A stretch of DNA of 64,000 nt, from the NCBI GenBank assembly GCA_021817225.1, contig JAKAVR010000001.1, forward strand, positions 8,002 to 72,001. The letters are read 5' to 3'. Source of the stretch: Thermoplasmata archaeon (GTDB lineage: Archaea > Thermoplasmatota > Thermoplasmata > Sysuiplasmatales > Sysuiplasmataceae). The position numbers and the translations under genes were made by a program. Under the pieces are notes generated by a model. The model searched no databases and was not told the origin of the DNA. It saw nothing but the letters and a program-made list of their open reading frames with translations. Shown here piece after piece: positions 38,413 through 48,058 of the stretch. Positions within the stretch are counted from its first letter, which is position 1; every line of letters begins with the position of its first letter.

Positions 38413-39433
38413 CAGGCTTCTGAAGGCTTGCCGCCTTGAGCGGACCGATGTCCGGCCTGTCTGGTTCATGAGACAGGCAGGCAGATACATGAAGGACTAC
38501 AGGGAAATAAGAAAGAAGCATGAGCTGCTCGAAATATGCAGGACTCCGGAACTGTCCGCCACGGTCGCAGCAATGCCAGTGGAGCAATTCGGCGTTGACG
38601 CTGCGATTCTCTTTTCTGACATAATGATACCGCTGCTTGAGATGGGAGTCGGCCTGCAGATAGTAGAAGACGTGGGTCCGGTCCTTGACCGACCTGTGCG
38701 CTCGCTGGAAGACGTGAAGGCAATGCAGCAGCTGGAGACCGGCAGAGTCTCCTATGTGGCAGAATCAATCAGACTGACCAGGAAAGCGCTGAATGACAGC
38801 GTCCCTGTCATAGGTTTCTCAGGTGCGCCATTCACTCTGGCAAGCTACCTGATCGAGGGAAGGGGCTCCAGGAACTACCTGAATGTTAAGGCGATGATGT
38901 ACACAAGACAGGATGCATGGCGCCTGCTCATGGAGAAACTCTCCAGGGTGGTGTCGGACTACCTGATGGAACAGGCCAGGGCGGGCTGTCAGGTCGTTCA
39001 GTTGTTCGACAGCTGGGCAGGAGCACTTTCAGCAGAAGACTACAGCGCCTACGTGCTGCCCTACATGTGTGAAATAGCTGAAAAACTCGCCGCAGCAGGC
39101 GTCACTGTCATAAGCTTCTCAACAGGCAACAGCGCGCTGCTCCCGCTAATGAAGTGCAGGGGTGTGGGGGTGATATCAGTGGACTGGAAGGTCAACATAG
39201 ATGATGCATGGCGCATGATTGGCTATGATGTCGCAGTGCAGGGCAATCTTGATCCTGCTGTGATGCTTGCCGACAGGGATTTTATTGTCGACCGGGCAAA
39301 GGCAATACTCGGGCGGACTTCAGGGAGGAATGGGCACATATTCAATCTCGGACACGGAATGCTGAAGGAGACGCCCGAGGAGAACGTGAAGGCGCTTGTG
39401 GAATTTGTCCACGGCTGGGAGTTGGATAAATGA
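38393..39433 (+). CDS. hemE: uroporphyrinogen decarboxylase
   Basis: '[12 protein letters not shown]' signature. Confidence 0.85.
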   Translation: MVVSTNDRLLKACRLERTDVRPVWFMRQAGRYMKDYREIRKKHELLEICRTPELSATVAAMPVEQFGVDAAILFSDIMIPLLEMGVGLQIVEDVGPVLDRPVRSLEDVKAMQQLETGRVSYVAESIRLTRKALNDSVPVIGFSGAPFTLASYLIEGRGSRNYLNVKAMMYTRQDAWRLLMEKLSRVVSDYLMEQARAGCQVVQLFDSWAGALSAEDYSAYVLPYMCEIAEKLAAAGVTVISFSTGNSALLPLMKCRGVGVISVDWKVNIDDAWRMIGYDVAVQGNLDPAVMLADRDFIVDRAKAILGRTSGRNGHIFNLGHGMLKETPEENVKALVEFVHGWELDK

Positions 39434-40317
39434 AGGCTGTGCTTCTGACAGCCTATGGATCGCCTTCGGGCATTGATGACGTTGAACGCTACTACACAAA
39501 GATACTGGGAGGAAGGAAGCCGCCCGCGGCACTCCTTGATGAACTCAGGTCGAGGTATGCTGCGATTGGAGGCATTTCCCCCCTTACAGAAATCACAAGC
39601 AGGCAGGCCATATCCCTCCAGGCCATGCTTGCTTCGCTTGGCAGCAACATTGCCGTCCGCGTAGGCATGAAGTACACCAGCCCATTCATCGGTGAAGTCG
39701 TCTCGAGAATGAATGAGGAGGGTGTGAAGAGCATGCTTCTCCTACCCCTCACGCCTTTCAACTCGTCCGTCAGCGCCGAGAGTTATCTGAAGATCGCCCT
39801 CGAAGCCGCAAGTACCGCGGGGCACAGTGTGACAATATCATCGCCTGGCCCATGGCATTTGAACGACCATTTTGTCGAATGCTGGAAAAAGCTCATAAAT
39901 GCCGAGCTGCGCGGGAAGGAGCATGTAATATTCACCGCCCACAGCATACCGAAGAAGTACATAGACGCGGGCGAACCCTACAGGGAGCAGCTCGAGGAAC
40001 TTGCTTCTCTGCTTGGGAGGAAGCTTGGGATTGCCGACTCCGAACTTGCATTCCAGAGCGCTGGAAGGACAAGCGAGGAATGGATCGGCCCGTCGCTGAC
40101 CGAGAGGATTGCCGCGCTTGGAAGGGAAGGGCATTCAGAAGCGCTCATTGTTCCAATAGGCTTTGTTTCAGAGCACCTTGAGGTTCTCTACGACATAGAC
40201 ATAGAGGCGAAGGAAGCTGCGGCAAGGGCTGGCATGTCTGTCAGGAGAACAGCGCTGCCAGACGATCATCCGCTTTTCATCAGGGCGCTCGCCGATGTGT
40301 GCCTTGCCTCACGCTGA
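39430..40317 (+). CDS. cpfC: ferrochelatase (coproporphyrin ferrochelatase type)
   Basis: 'LLTAYGSP...DVERYYTKILGG' and 'GFVSEHLEVLYDID'. ATGA overlap with hemE. Confidence 0.85.
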   Translation: MKAVLLTAYGSPSGIDDVERYYTKILGGRKPPAALLDELRSRYAAIGGISPLTEITSRQAISLQAMLASLGSNIAVRVGMKYTSPFIGEVVSRMNEEGVKSMLLLPLTPFNSSVSAESYLKIALEAASTAGHSVTISSPGPWHLNDHFVECWKKLINAELRGKEHVIFTAHSIPKKYIDAGEPYREQLEELASLLGRKLGIADSELAFQSAGRTSEEWIGPSLTERIAALGREGHSEALIVPIGFVSEHLEVLYDIDIEAKEAAARAGMSVRRTALPDDHPLFIRALADVCLASR

Positions 40318-40326
40318 ATCTGCCTG

Positions 40327-41691
40327 TCAACTGCCCGCAGAACAGTAGGCAGCCGCAGAATCGGCAGCTCTTTTCGCATCTGCCACGCATGAGGATATGC
40401 CGATCCCGGAAAACGCGGCTCCCGCCAAGAACAGGCCGGGGGGGCACAGTGAGTGTATTTTACTCACAAGTTCCATATGGCCCACTCCGTACCGGGGAAG
40501 CCCATTTTGCCATCTTGTCACGATGAACTGCAGCGGCTTACCGTTGATTTTCATGATTGCACCGAGCTCCCGATGCAGTTCGGATACAAGCTCCTCATCG
40601 CCCATATCCATCCAACTTACACTGTCTGGTGTTCCGACAAAGCATCTCACAAGGTAAAGGCCCTCGGCTTCGGCGCTGGACCATTTCGAAGAAAGCCAGG
40701 TGCAACCTGTCATAAGGAGACCCTCCTTCTCGGGAACCAGGAAGCCGCTTCCTTCCACCGGCGGTTTGAAATCTGCCGACCCGTAGCCAAAAACGACATT
40801 GGCAACCGAAGTATAGCGGATTTCGGCGAGCGCCGATGAGAGCGCCGCTTCACTCTTGAGAACCGGGGCTGCAGCGTGAGCAGGGAGGCAGGCTATGACC
40901 GCGTCCGATTCAATTTCCAGCCCTTCTCCAGTAATATGCCATCGGCCTTCCCTCCGGGACATCTCCTTCACCTCAACACCCGTTTTCTTCTGCACCTTTC
41001 CTGTTGCCGCATTGAGTTTGTCGGTCAACTCCGCTACCCCGCCTCTGAAGGAGAAGAAGGGCATTGACTCTGCCACTGATGCACGGGCGCGAGATGCCCT
41101 GAGAACGCTCCTGCTGGTCTTGGCCAGTGAGAACAATCCAGGCATCAGCTCCCTGGCACTGAGGTAGCTTGAATTGCACGACATCAGTCCACCTATGAGA
41201 GGGTCGACAAGCGTTGTCTTGAACTCTCGCCCGAACCTGCTTTCGGCCAGCTTTCCGATTGAGATGTCTTCGGCTACTTCAGTCCTTGGCAGCACAAGAT
41301 CCATCGCCGTCCGTGCTATTCCCGGAAAGGAGAGCACATGCGTACGCCATAAGGGGAGAAGTCCATGTGAAGGATAGCCGCCGAATACGCCTTCAGGGAT
41401 GGGTCTCAGCCTGTTCCTTGTCCACAGATATGATTTGCTGGTCTTGGGCCTGATCAAGCTCTGCTCCAGGCCGAGGTCACTGCACAGTCGCGTGATGACG
41501 CTGTTTCTTGCCACAATGCTGTCCGGTCCTGCTTCCGCGGCTGTGTTTCCAATCCTGTTGGTGAGCAGTTTTCCCCCAAGCCTTTTTGATGATTCCACAA
41601 GAGAGATGGAGGTCCCTGGCATCGATTGCTGGAGGAAGTAGGCAGCGGCAAGTCCTGTTACCCCGCCGCCGATAACAGTGATGGCCTTCAT
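40327..41691 (-). CDS. cgoX: protoporphyrinogen/coproporphyrinogen III oxidase (HemY/CgoX, FAD)
   Basis: 'ITVIGGGVTGLAAAYFL' FAD motif, 454 aa. Confidence 0.8.
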   Translation of the reverse strand: MKAITVIGGGVTGLAAAYFLQQSMPGTSISLVESSKRLGGKLLTNRIGNTAAEAGPDSIVARNSVITRLCSDLGLEQSLIRPKTSKSYLWTRNRLRPIPEGVFGGYPSHGLLPLWRTHVLSFPGIARTAMDLVLPRTEVAEDISIGKLAESRFGREFKTTLVDPLIGGLMSCNSSYLSARELMPGLFSLAKTSRSVLRASRARASVAESMPFFSFRGGVAELTDKLNAATGKVQKKTGVEVKEMSRREGRWHITGEGLEIESDAVIACLPAHAAAPVLKSEAALSSALAEIRYTSVANVVFGYGSADFKPPVEGSGFLVPEKEGLLMTGCTWLSSKWSSAEAEGLYLVRCFVGTPDSVSWMDMGDEELVSELHRELGAIMKINGKPLQFIVTRWQNGLPRYGVGHMELVSKIHSLCPPGLFLAGAAFSGIGISSCVADAKRAADSAAAYCSAGS

Positions 41692-41851
41692 CGAATCCCC
41701 GGTTTCTTTGGACAGGACATGCTACATTGACTGACTATTTACAACTTCCAGCCGATTCACTCCTACTATGTGGCCGCTGGCACTATCAAGCTTAATTATG
41801 TGTCATGAATAACTTCAAGCCAAACAGAAAGACAGTGCGAAGGTAGTTCAG

Positions 41852-42823
41852 ATGGCTTTTCCGACGACTAGGCTGCGAAGGCTCAGGACGAACGAAAGAA
41901 TCAGGGATATGCTGACTGAAACAAGGATCCATCCCTCCCGCCTTGTTTATCCTATGTTCGTGGACGAACGGCTGGGCGAGAAGAGGGAGCTTGATCTCAT
42001 GCCGGGCCAGTTCACTTATGCAGCAGGTGAAGTCGGTGAAGTTGCTTCACTGCTTGAGGAGAAGGGAATTAATGCAGTCCTTCTATTCGGCGTTCCGCGA
42101 AAGAAGGACGCAGGTGGTACGCAGGCATTTTCCAGGCAGGGGATTGTCCAGAAGGCAATCAGGGAGATAAGGAGCAACAGCTCTGTGCTCATCGCTTCGG
42201 ATCTCTGCCTTTGCGAGTACACTTCAAACGGCCAGTGCGGCATTGTGAAATCGGGGAATGTTGACAATGACACAACACTGGAAACATATTCAAAGATAGC
42301 ACTGTCCCACGCTGAGGCAGGTTCCGACATCATCGCGCCAAGCGGCATGATGGATGGCCAGGTCGCGGCAATAAGAAGAACGCTTGACGGCAACGGCTAC
42401 GGCGACAGGGCAATCATGGCCTATGCCTCCAAGAGTGCATCTTCCTTCTATGGCCCGTTCAGGGAAGCCGCAGAAAGCGCACCATCGGAGGGCGACAGAA
42501 AGGGATATCAGGTCAATTATGCAAACTTCCGCGAGTCAATGCATGAGCTTAAGCTTGACTTTGACGAGGGGGCGGATATTCTGATGGTTAAGCCGGCACT
42601 GCTCAACCTCGACATAATACACGGTGCCAGGAGGAGGTTCGACGTGCCCATTGCCGCCTTCAACGTAAGCGGTGAATACTCGATGGTCAGGGCCGCCTCA
42701 AGTGCCGGAATGCTTGATTACAAGCAGGCCGTGCTTGAGATAGCCACCTCCATATTCAGGGCGGGGGCCGACCTGCTTATCACTTACCACGCTCAGGAGC
42801 TTGCGGAGTGGGTCCTGCAGTGA
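41852..42823 (+). CDS. hemB: porphobilinogen synthase (ALA dehydratase)
   Basis: 'VYPMFV', 'SDLCLCEYTSNGQCG', 'GADILMVKPA'. Confidence 0.9.
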   Translation: MAFPTTRLRRLRTNERIRDMLTETRIHPSRLVYPMFVDERLGEKRELDLMPGQFTYAAGEVGEVASLLEEKGINAVLLFGVPRKKDAGGTQAFSRQGIVQKAIREIRSNSSVLIASDLCLCEYTSNGQCGIVKSGNVDNDTTLETYSKIALSHAEAGSDIIAPSGMMDGQVAAIRRTLDGNGYGDRAIMAYASKSASSFYGPFREAAESAPSEGDRKGYQVNYANFRESMHELKLDFDEGADILMVKPALLNLDIIHGARRRFDVPIAAFNVSGEYSMVRAASSAGMLDYKQAVLEIATSIFRAGADLLITYHAQELAEWVLQ

Positions 42824-43736
42824 GGTGGGTCTGCTGAGCTTCAGGCTGGGAACGAGGGGAAGCAGCCTTGCAATGGCGCAGGCAAATGAAATTGCAGGAA
42901 TTCTTGCCGATTCCGGCCTCTCGGAAGGCATCGAGATAGTCGCCGTGAGGACCACAGGCGATTCGGAGGAATTGAAGAGGACGCCGCTGGAAGGCTCCTT
43001 TGTCGATGAAATAAACAGGCTTGTGCTGGAAGGAAGCATAGACGGCGGCATCCACAGCATGAAGGATGTTCCAGTCAGGCTCCCGGCCGGGCTTTGCGCA
43101 TCGGTGATACCAAGGAGAAGGAACAGGGTGGACTGTCTCGTCTCCGGAGCATACTATACAAGGTTGCCCCCCGATTCCACCGTGGGGACTTCCAGCGCGA
43201 GGAGAATATCGCAGCTTCTGCATGCCCGCAGCAACCTGAGGCCCGTGCTGTTGCGCGGCAACGTGACAACCAGGATTGCAAAAGTGAGGGCTGGAGAAGT
43301 GAATGCCGTCATGCTCGCTTTGTGCGGACTGGAGAGACTCGGTTTCAGTGGTGAGGGAGACGTGCGGGTCCACAGCCTTCCTGCGGAACAGTTCGTGCCT
43401 GCCGCGGGGCAGGGGGCACTGGCCCTGGTAACAAGGAAAGACAGGCTCCCGGAGGGGTTGGTGGAAAGGGCTGATCATCCTGCCACCAGGTCTGAAGTGG
43501 AGCTGGAACGATCGGTGCTCGATTTGCTGGGCGCCGGATGCAATTCCCCCCTCGGTGTAAACGCGCAGGCGATCGGGAGCGGCATGCACCTCAGGGTGCA
43601 ATTGCTCTCAAGAGACGGTGTTTTCGAAAGGAAGATATCGACGTACATCAAGAGCCGTGAGGAACTGGCTGAAAAGCTTGCCCCTTTCACCGATCAGGTG
43701 TCCACATCCATACTGAATTACGGAAATACTCCATGA
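42801..43736 (+). CDS. hemC: hydroxymethylbilane synthase (porphobilinogen deaminase)
   Basis: 'RLGTRGSSLAMAQA' N-terminus. May start at GTG 42828 just after the hemB stop. Confidence 0.85.
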   Translation: MRSGSCSEVGLLSFRLGTRGSSLAMAQANEIAGILADSGLSEGIEIVAVRTTGDSEELKRTPLEGSFVDEINRLVLEGSIDGGIHSMKDVPVRLPAGLCASVIPRRRNRVDCLVSGAYYTRLPPDSTVGTSSARRISQLLHARSNLRPVLLRGNVTTRIAKVRAGEVNAVMLALCGLERLGFSGEGDVRVHSLPAEQFVPAAGQGALALVTRKDRLPEGLVERADHPATRSEVELERSVLDLLGAGCNSPLGVNAQAIGSGMHLRVQLLSRDGVFERKISTYIKSREELAEKLAPFTDQVSTSILNYGNTP

Positions 43737-43755
43737 GACTTACACGCAAGTCTGC

Positions 43756-44604
43756 TTGCAGCATCCGGCTTTCGCCGGGCAGAGTATGATGGCAATGGTT
43801 AAGATAGCACTTATGAGACCTGAGGACAGGGCGGGAAAGGCAGTCGAATACTGCAGGGAGAAGGGCCTCGAACCGCTCGTAGCCCCGGCCATTGGGATAA
43901 GGGATATGGAGGTCGAAGAGAGCGAAGTCCTTCGCTGGCTGAACCGGTGCGATATTTGCATTTTCATGAGCTCGACGGCTGTTGACAGATTCTTCTCACT
44001 CGGGAGCGACTGCGCTGATGCTCTGAGGCGGAAAGGGATGAATGTTGTTGCTGTGGGGAAGGCAACATCGCTCCGTCTTGACTCTCATTCCATAGCAAAC
44101 TCAGTGCCTGCCACCTACTCATCGGAGGGGCTTGTAGAATATGTAAAATCCCTTGAGGGAGCAAACGGGCCGGCAGTCGTGTTCAGAAGCGATAGCGGCA
44201 CAGTGCTATTGAAGAACGGTCTTGCTGCGGCCGGGCTGGAAGTGAAGGAGTTTGCAGTCTACGGGATAGCAATGCCCGAAGATACGGGGCCCATCAGGGG
44301 AGTCATTGCAGACATCCTCGGCGGACAGGGTTACATACTTCCATTTTCAAGCAGCATGATGGTCAGGAATTTTTTCAGATTGGTCAGCTCACTCGACGAG
44401 AAGGGAGCGATGCCTTCGGCAATTGTCAACTGCAGCATATGGGCCATAGGTGCGGAAACCGCAGCAGAACTCAAAGGGCAGACTTCCGCTCCTGTCAGCA
44501 TCGCATCGAACGCTGACTTTGAATCGATGCTTGGCGAAATTGCTGACTCGATTCAAGGCATGGATCGTCGGGCGAAGCACCACCGCAGGGGCAAGAATTT
44601 TTAG
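43756..44604 (+). CDS. hemD: uroporphyrinogen-III synthase
   Basis: HemD-like fold and position after hemC. Alternative start 'MMAMVKIALMRP' at 43786. Confidence 0.6.
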   Translation: MQHPAFAGQSMMAMVKIALMRPEDRAGKAVEYCREKGLEPLVAPAIGIRDMEVEESEVLRWLNRCDICIFMSSTAVDRFFSLGSDCADALRRKGMNVVAVGKATSLRLDSHSIANSVPATYSSEGLVEYVKSLEGANGPAVVFRSDSGTVLLKNGLAAAGLEVKEFAVYGIAMPEDTGPIRGVIADILGGQGYILPFSSSMMVRNFFRLVSSLDEKGAMPSAIVNCSIWAIGAETAAELKGQTSAPVSIASNADFESMLGEIADSIQGMDRRAKHHRRGKNF

Positions 44605-44694
44605 CTCCGCCTGCATTCGCTGCAAACAGGGCTGGATCCTACGGTGCCGATTTGAATGGGTTTGACAGTTTTGGGAAGCAGGACCGGGATTCCG

Positions 44695-45516
44695 ATGAAA
44701 CGGATTCCGGGCACGCACTTCTTCTCCATTCCAGCAACCGTCGGAGGCAGTCACGATGCAAGACTCATTTTCGACACCGGGATAGGTCCATCTATTGTAT
44801 CGGGCTACTTTGCAGAGAGGGTTCATTGCCGTCCTGTGGGGGAATCATTCACGGGCAGGAGAATGTCCGGGCAGGAGGTTACAATGCCCCTGGTTTCACT
44901 CGAATCCCTTGCTGTCGGTCCTGTTTTCAGGGAGAATGCCATTGTAGGCTCGTTCGACATCTTCGTGGAAGGAACACGGGTGCCAGAGGGTTTTGCCGGA
45001 ATCGAGGGCTTCCTCTCTCCTGCTTTCTTTGAAGGTATTCCATTCACATTGGAACTTGCAAAAGAGAGAATCCTGGTAGAAAGCGAGCAGTCGCTGTCAC
45101 TCATCCAGAAAACGGGAAAAAGCGTTCCATTGAGAATTGAGAGGGACGGGCCTTCCATCACGATGTTTATTGATTTGCTGCTGCCTGACGGAGAAGTCGC
45201 TGTTGTCGAGGTAGACACAGGATCTGACATACTGATACTGAACAAAAGATACATGCATCGACTGGGTATCGAGAAGTCGGGAAGCGCAACAACTAAAATA
45301 GAGGGGAAGGACGAGACGGGCCACAGTTATGTCAGGTATCGCGCCCCCGTCAGCGGATTGGTGCATCTCGAGTCGCACCATGACCTGTTTCAGGCGGCGC
45401 CAGAAGTGATGTTTCAGGAAATAATCTATGACGGACTTGTCGGTGTCGACTTTCTGAAGCGCTATGCCGTGACATTCAACACTGCAGGCTCTGAACTGAT
45501 ATTCAACAGGCCATAA
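44695..45516 (+). CDS. putative two-lobed aspartic protease (two Asp-Thr-Gly motifs)
   Basis: 'LIFDTGIGPS' and 'VVEVDTGSDILIL' about 150 aa apart in one chain. ORF open to 44656. Confidence 0.45.
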   Translation: MKRIPGTHFFSIPATVGGSHDARLIFDTGIGPSIVSGYFAERVHCRPVGESFTGRRMSGQEVTMPLVSLESLAVGPVFRENAIVGSFDIFVEGTRVPEGFAGIEGFLSPAFFEGIPFTLELAKERILVESEQSLSLIQKTGKSVPLRIERDGPSITMFIDLLLPDGEVAVVEVDTGSDILILNKRYMHRLGIEKSGSATTKIEGKDETGHSYVRYRAPVSGLVHLESHHDLFQAAPEVMFQEIIYDGLVGVDFLKRYAVTFNTAGSELIFNRP

Positions 45517-45653
45517 ACGGAATGACAGACGCTACATTCAACCTTTCTCGAAGGGTGCCACAATCCCCGCCTTACAAGTGACCAGTCAATCAAATGCATG
45601 CACTGGACAGGAGTCTCTGTTTCATAATCACTTTAATCTTTTCGTGGAGAACC

Positions 45654-46298
45654 TCAGAGACTGATATCCCTGTCTCCGTTAGCAAACAATTCTCCAATCT
45701 CAAGTATTTTGCAAAAGTAATCAAGTATGCTCGGAACAAAGGACTCCTTTGCGATCGTCCTGATTTCCTTTTTCCTCATTCCCTGCTCTACGAGAAGAGC
45801 CTGAACTGACAGGCTATGCCTGGCTCCGATTACTACCTCCTTTCCTTCCCTGAAGGGTATCGCAGCTATGCCTGACAGCTCATTCGAATTGGGTGAGAAG
45901 GTGTCAAACCCTGCTAATGCAGGAAGCATATAGACTTCAGAAAATTCTCTCACCCATGTCCCTTCATTTCTGAAAGTGAACTGGTTCCTCCCTATCTGGT
46001 GCATACCGGAGGAAGGCAACTCCACCCCAATCTCCTCCTTAGCTTCTCTAAGCAGTGCAGTCATGCCGTCTTCTCCTCTGCCAACATGTCCTCCTGCTGT
46101 CACATCAAGGAGTCCCGGAAAACCTACATTCGAGCTTCTTATCTGGAAGTACACAAACCTGTCGTCCACATACCAGCAATGCATCGTCTTGTGCAGTGCC
46201 CCGGTTGTATGCGCCTTATCGCGCTCAATGGCGCCTATAACTCTGTACTCATCATCGTATAGGTCAACAAGTTCTGAAATCATCAATTCAATTCTCAC
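45654..46298 (-). CDS. NUDIX hydrolase
   Basis: Nudix box 'GGHVGRGEDGMTALLREAKEEIGVEL'. Confidence 0.75.
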   Translation of the reverse strand: MRIELMISELVDLYDDEYRVIGAIERDKAHTTGALHKTMHCWYVDDRFVYFQIRSSNVGFPGLLDVTAGGHVGRGEDGMTALLREAKEEIGVELPSSGMHQIGRNQFTFRNEGTWVREFSEVYMLPALAGFDTFSPNSNELSGIAAIPFREGKEVVIGARHSLSVQALLVEQGMRKKEIRTIAKESFVPSILDYFCKILEIGELFANGDRDISL

Positions 46299-46687
46299 AC
46301 CGAAACAGCACGAGTGCCTTAAATGCCGGTGGTTTCACGACACCGAATGACAGTCATAAGGCGGATGGAGAGTCCGCACCGATGCATTGAAAGCATGTAC
46401 TGTCGAATTCAACTTCATGCAGGAGTGCTGTACATTCGCAATTTGAATGCATCAAAGTCAGAGGCACAGCATATCAGCCTAAGGGGACACCGGGCTCAGC
46501 CACAGAAAATAAGCATCATGGGAAATACCCTGAAGTCAACTGCCATTCTGCAGGCGGGCAGTCAAGAGCAACAGGACTCGTGAAATGTCATGGTTTATGC
46601 TCAGGCGGGAGTGGCTGACTTCTGGTTTTACGTTCCATTCACGCTCCAAAAGTCATATTGTCTTCAGGTCTGGTGCCTGGTTAACTG

Positions 46688-47881
46688 CTACGTTCCCTGT
46701 CCGGATGCTGCCCCTGCCCGTTTGCGGCCTGCATATTCCATTCTGTAGAAGGCGAAAGCTGCAACAGCTGTTATCGCACAAGCAGCATACATTATACTCA
46801 GGTAACTCTGGAATGTGCTTGCCCCAAATCCTGCAACCATATCAGCAAGCGCGCCTCCGGCAAGGGGCCCCCCTATCCCGGATAGTGCCATCACAGAAGA
46901 CAGCATACCTGCTGCCGTTCCTCTTTCACTTGACCGCTCAACAACGAAGCGCAGGCCACCCACATACATGAAGGACCATGATACGCCCAGCAGCAGCTGA
47001 GTCGACATGAGTTCGACGTAATTTGATACCAACGTGAATGAAAGGAATGTGAGTGAAGACATGCTTATGCCTGCAAGTATGAGCGTATTTGCTTTCATTC
47101 TGCCAGTCAGGTAATGCATCGAAAGAACTTGTATGATGGAGTTGAACACATAGACAACGGAAACAAGTGCGAGCCTCTGTCCGTAAGAGTAGGTGGCGGG
47201 TGTAAGTGCGAAGCAGAAAATGGGAAATATCGCCCATATTGCAGTGGCCCCGAAATGTCTCAATGCGAGCGAAATGTAAGCCGCCCTGCTTTTTGAAAAT
47301 GCACCCACGGGTATGAAACGCATCCTGCCTGCCCTTCCATGTCCTCTCGGCGTGCTGAGCGACAGGAAGAATGCGGCAAGCAGCAGAACAGAGGAAGTCA
47401 GGAACACGGGATCAATCAGTGCTCTTCCCGCCGCCCTGCCCGCCAGCAGATAAACAATTGTCCCGGCCAGTGCCTGCCCTATTGCTCCTCCAAGCGAGGC
47501 ATACGAACTGAAACTGCCGATATCCCTCTTGAGGTCTATCGCGTAGGCAATCAGGGAACTGCTTGAGCCAGCAGACAGGCCGAGAAAGAAGCGTACAACA
47601 AGAAGCTCCGTGGGGTTAGAGGCGATCAGCTGCAGGAAGGCAAATGCCGCAGCCACGGAGAGACTCACGGCCAGGACTCCCCTTCTTCCGTAATAGTCCG
47701 AGAGGCGGCCCAGGGTATAGTTGCTCAGCAGGAGAGCAACGCTGTATGAGGATACAATGGCGCCGATTTGGGCGCTGCCTGCCCCCATGTCGACGGCATA
47801 TATCGGTACAAACAGCGAAGATGATGTGTAAGCAATGTTGGTGAAGAGCTGCATATGCAGATCGCTGTTTCTAGGGCTCAT
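46688..47881 (-). CDS. MFS transporter
   Basis: 12 TM helices, 'GRLSDYYGRRGVL' MFS motif A. Confidence 0.8.
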   Translation of the reverse strand: MSPRNSDLHMQLFTNIAYTSSSLFVPIYAVDMGAGSAQIGAIVSSYSVALLLSNYTLGRLSDYYGRRGVLAVSLSVAAAFAFLQLIASNPTELLVVRFFLGLSAGSSSSLIAYAIDLKRDIGSFSSYASLGGAIGQALAGTIVYLLAGRAAGRALIDPVFLTSSVLLLAAFFLSLSTPRGHGRAGRMRFIPVGAFSKSRAAYISLALRHFGATAIWAIFPIFCFALTPATYSYGQRLALVSVVYVFNSIIQVLSMHYLTGRMKANTLILAGISMSSLTFLSFTLVSNYVELMSTQLLLGVSWSFMYVGGLRFVVERSSERGTAAGMLSSVMALSGIGGPLAGGALADMVAGFGASTFQSYLSIMYAACAITAVAAFAFYRMEYAGRKRAGAASGQGT

Positions 47882-48058
47882 CCGCGCACTGTCTTATGGC
47901 AGCCATACTTAAACATTTGACTCTGATTCTTCGATACAGGGTACAGCCACTGGACAGATATTTCCCCTCCTTCGGGAACAACTCCAAAAAATGGCCAGTT
48001 ACCAATTCGGCTTTTGGAAAGCATGCAATGTGCCAGGAAGCAAAGGCAGGCGGTGCCT

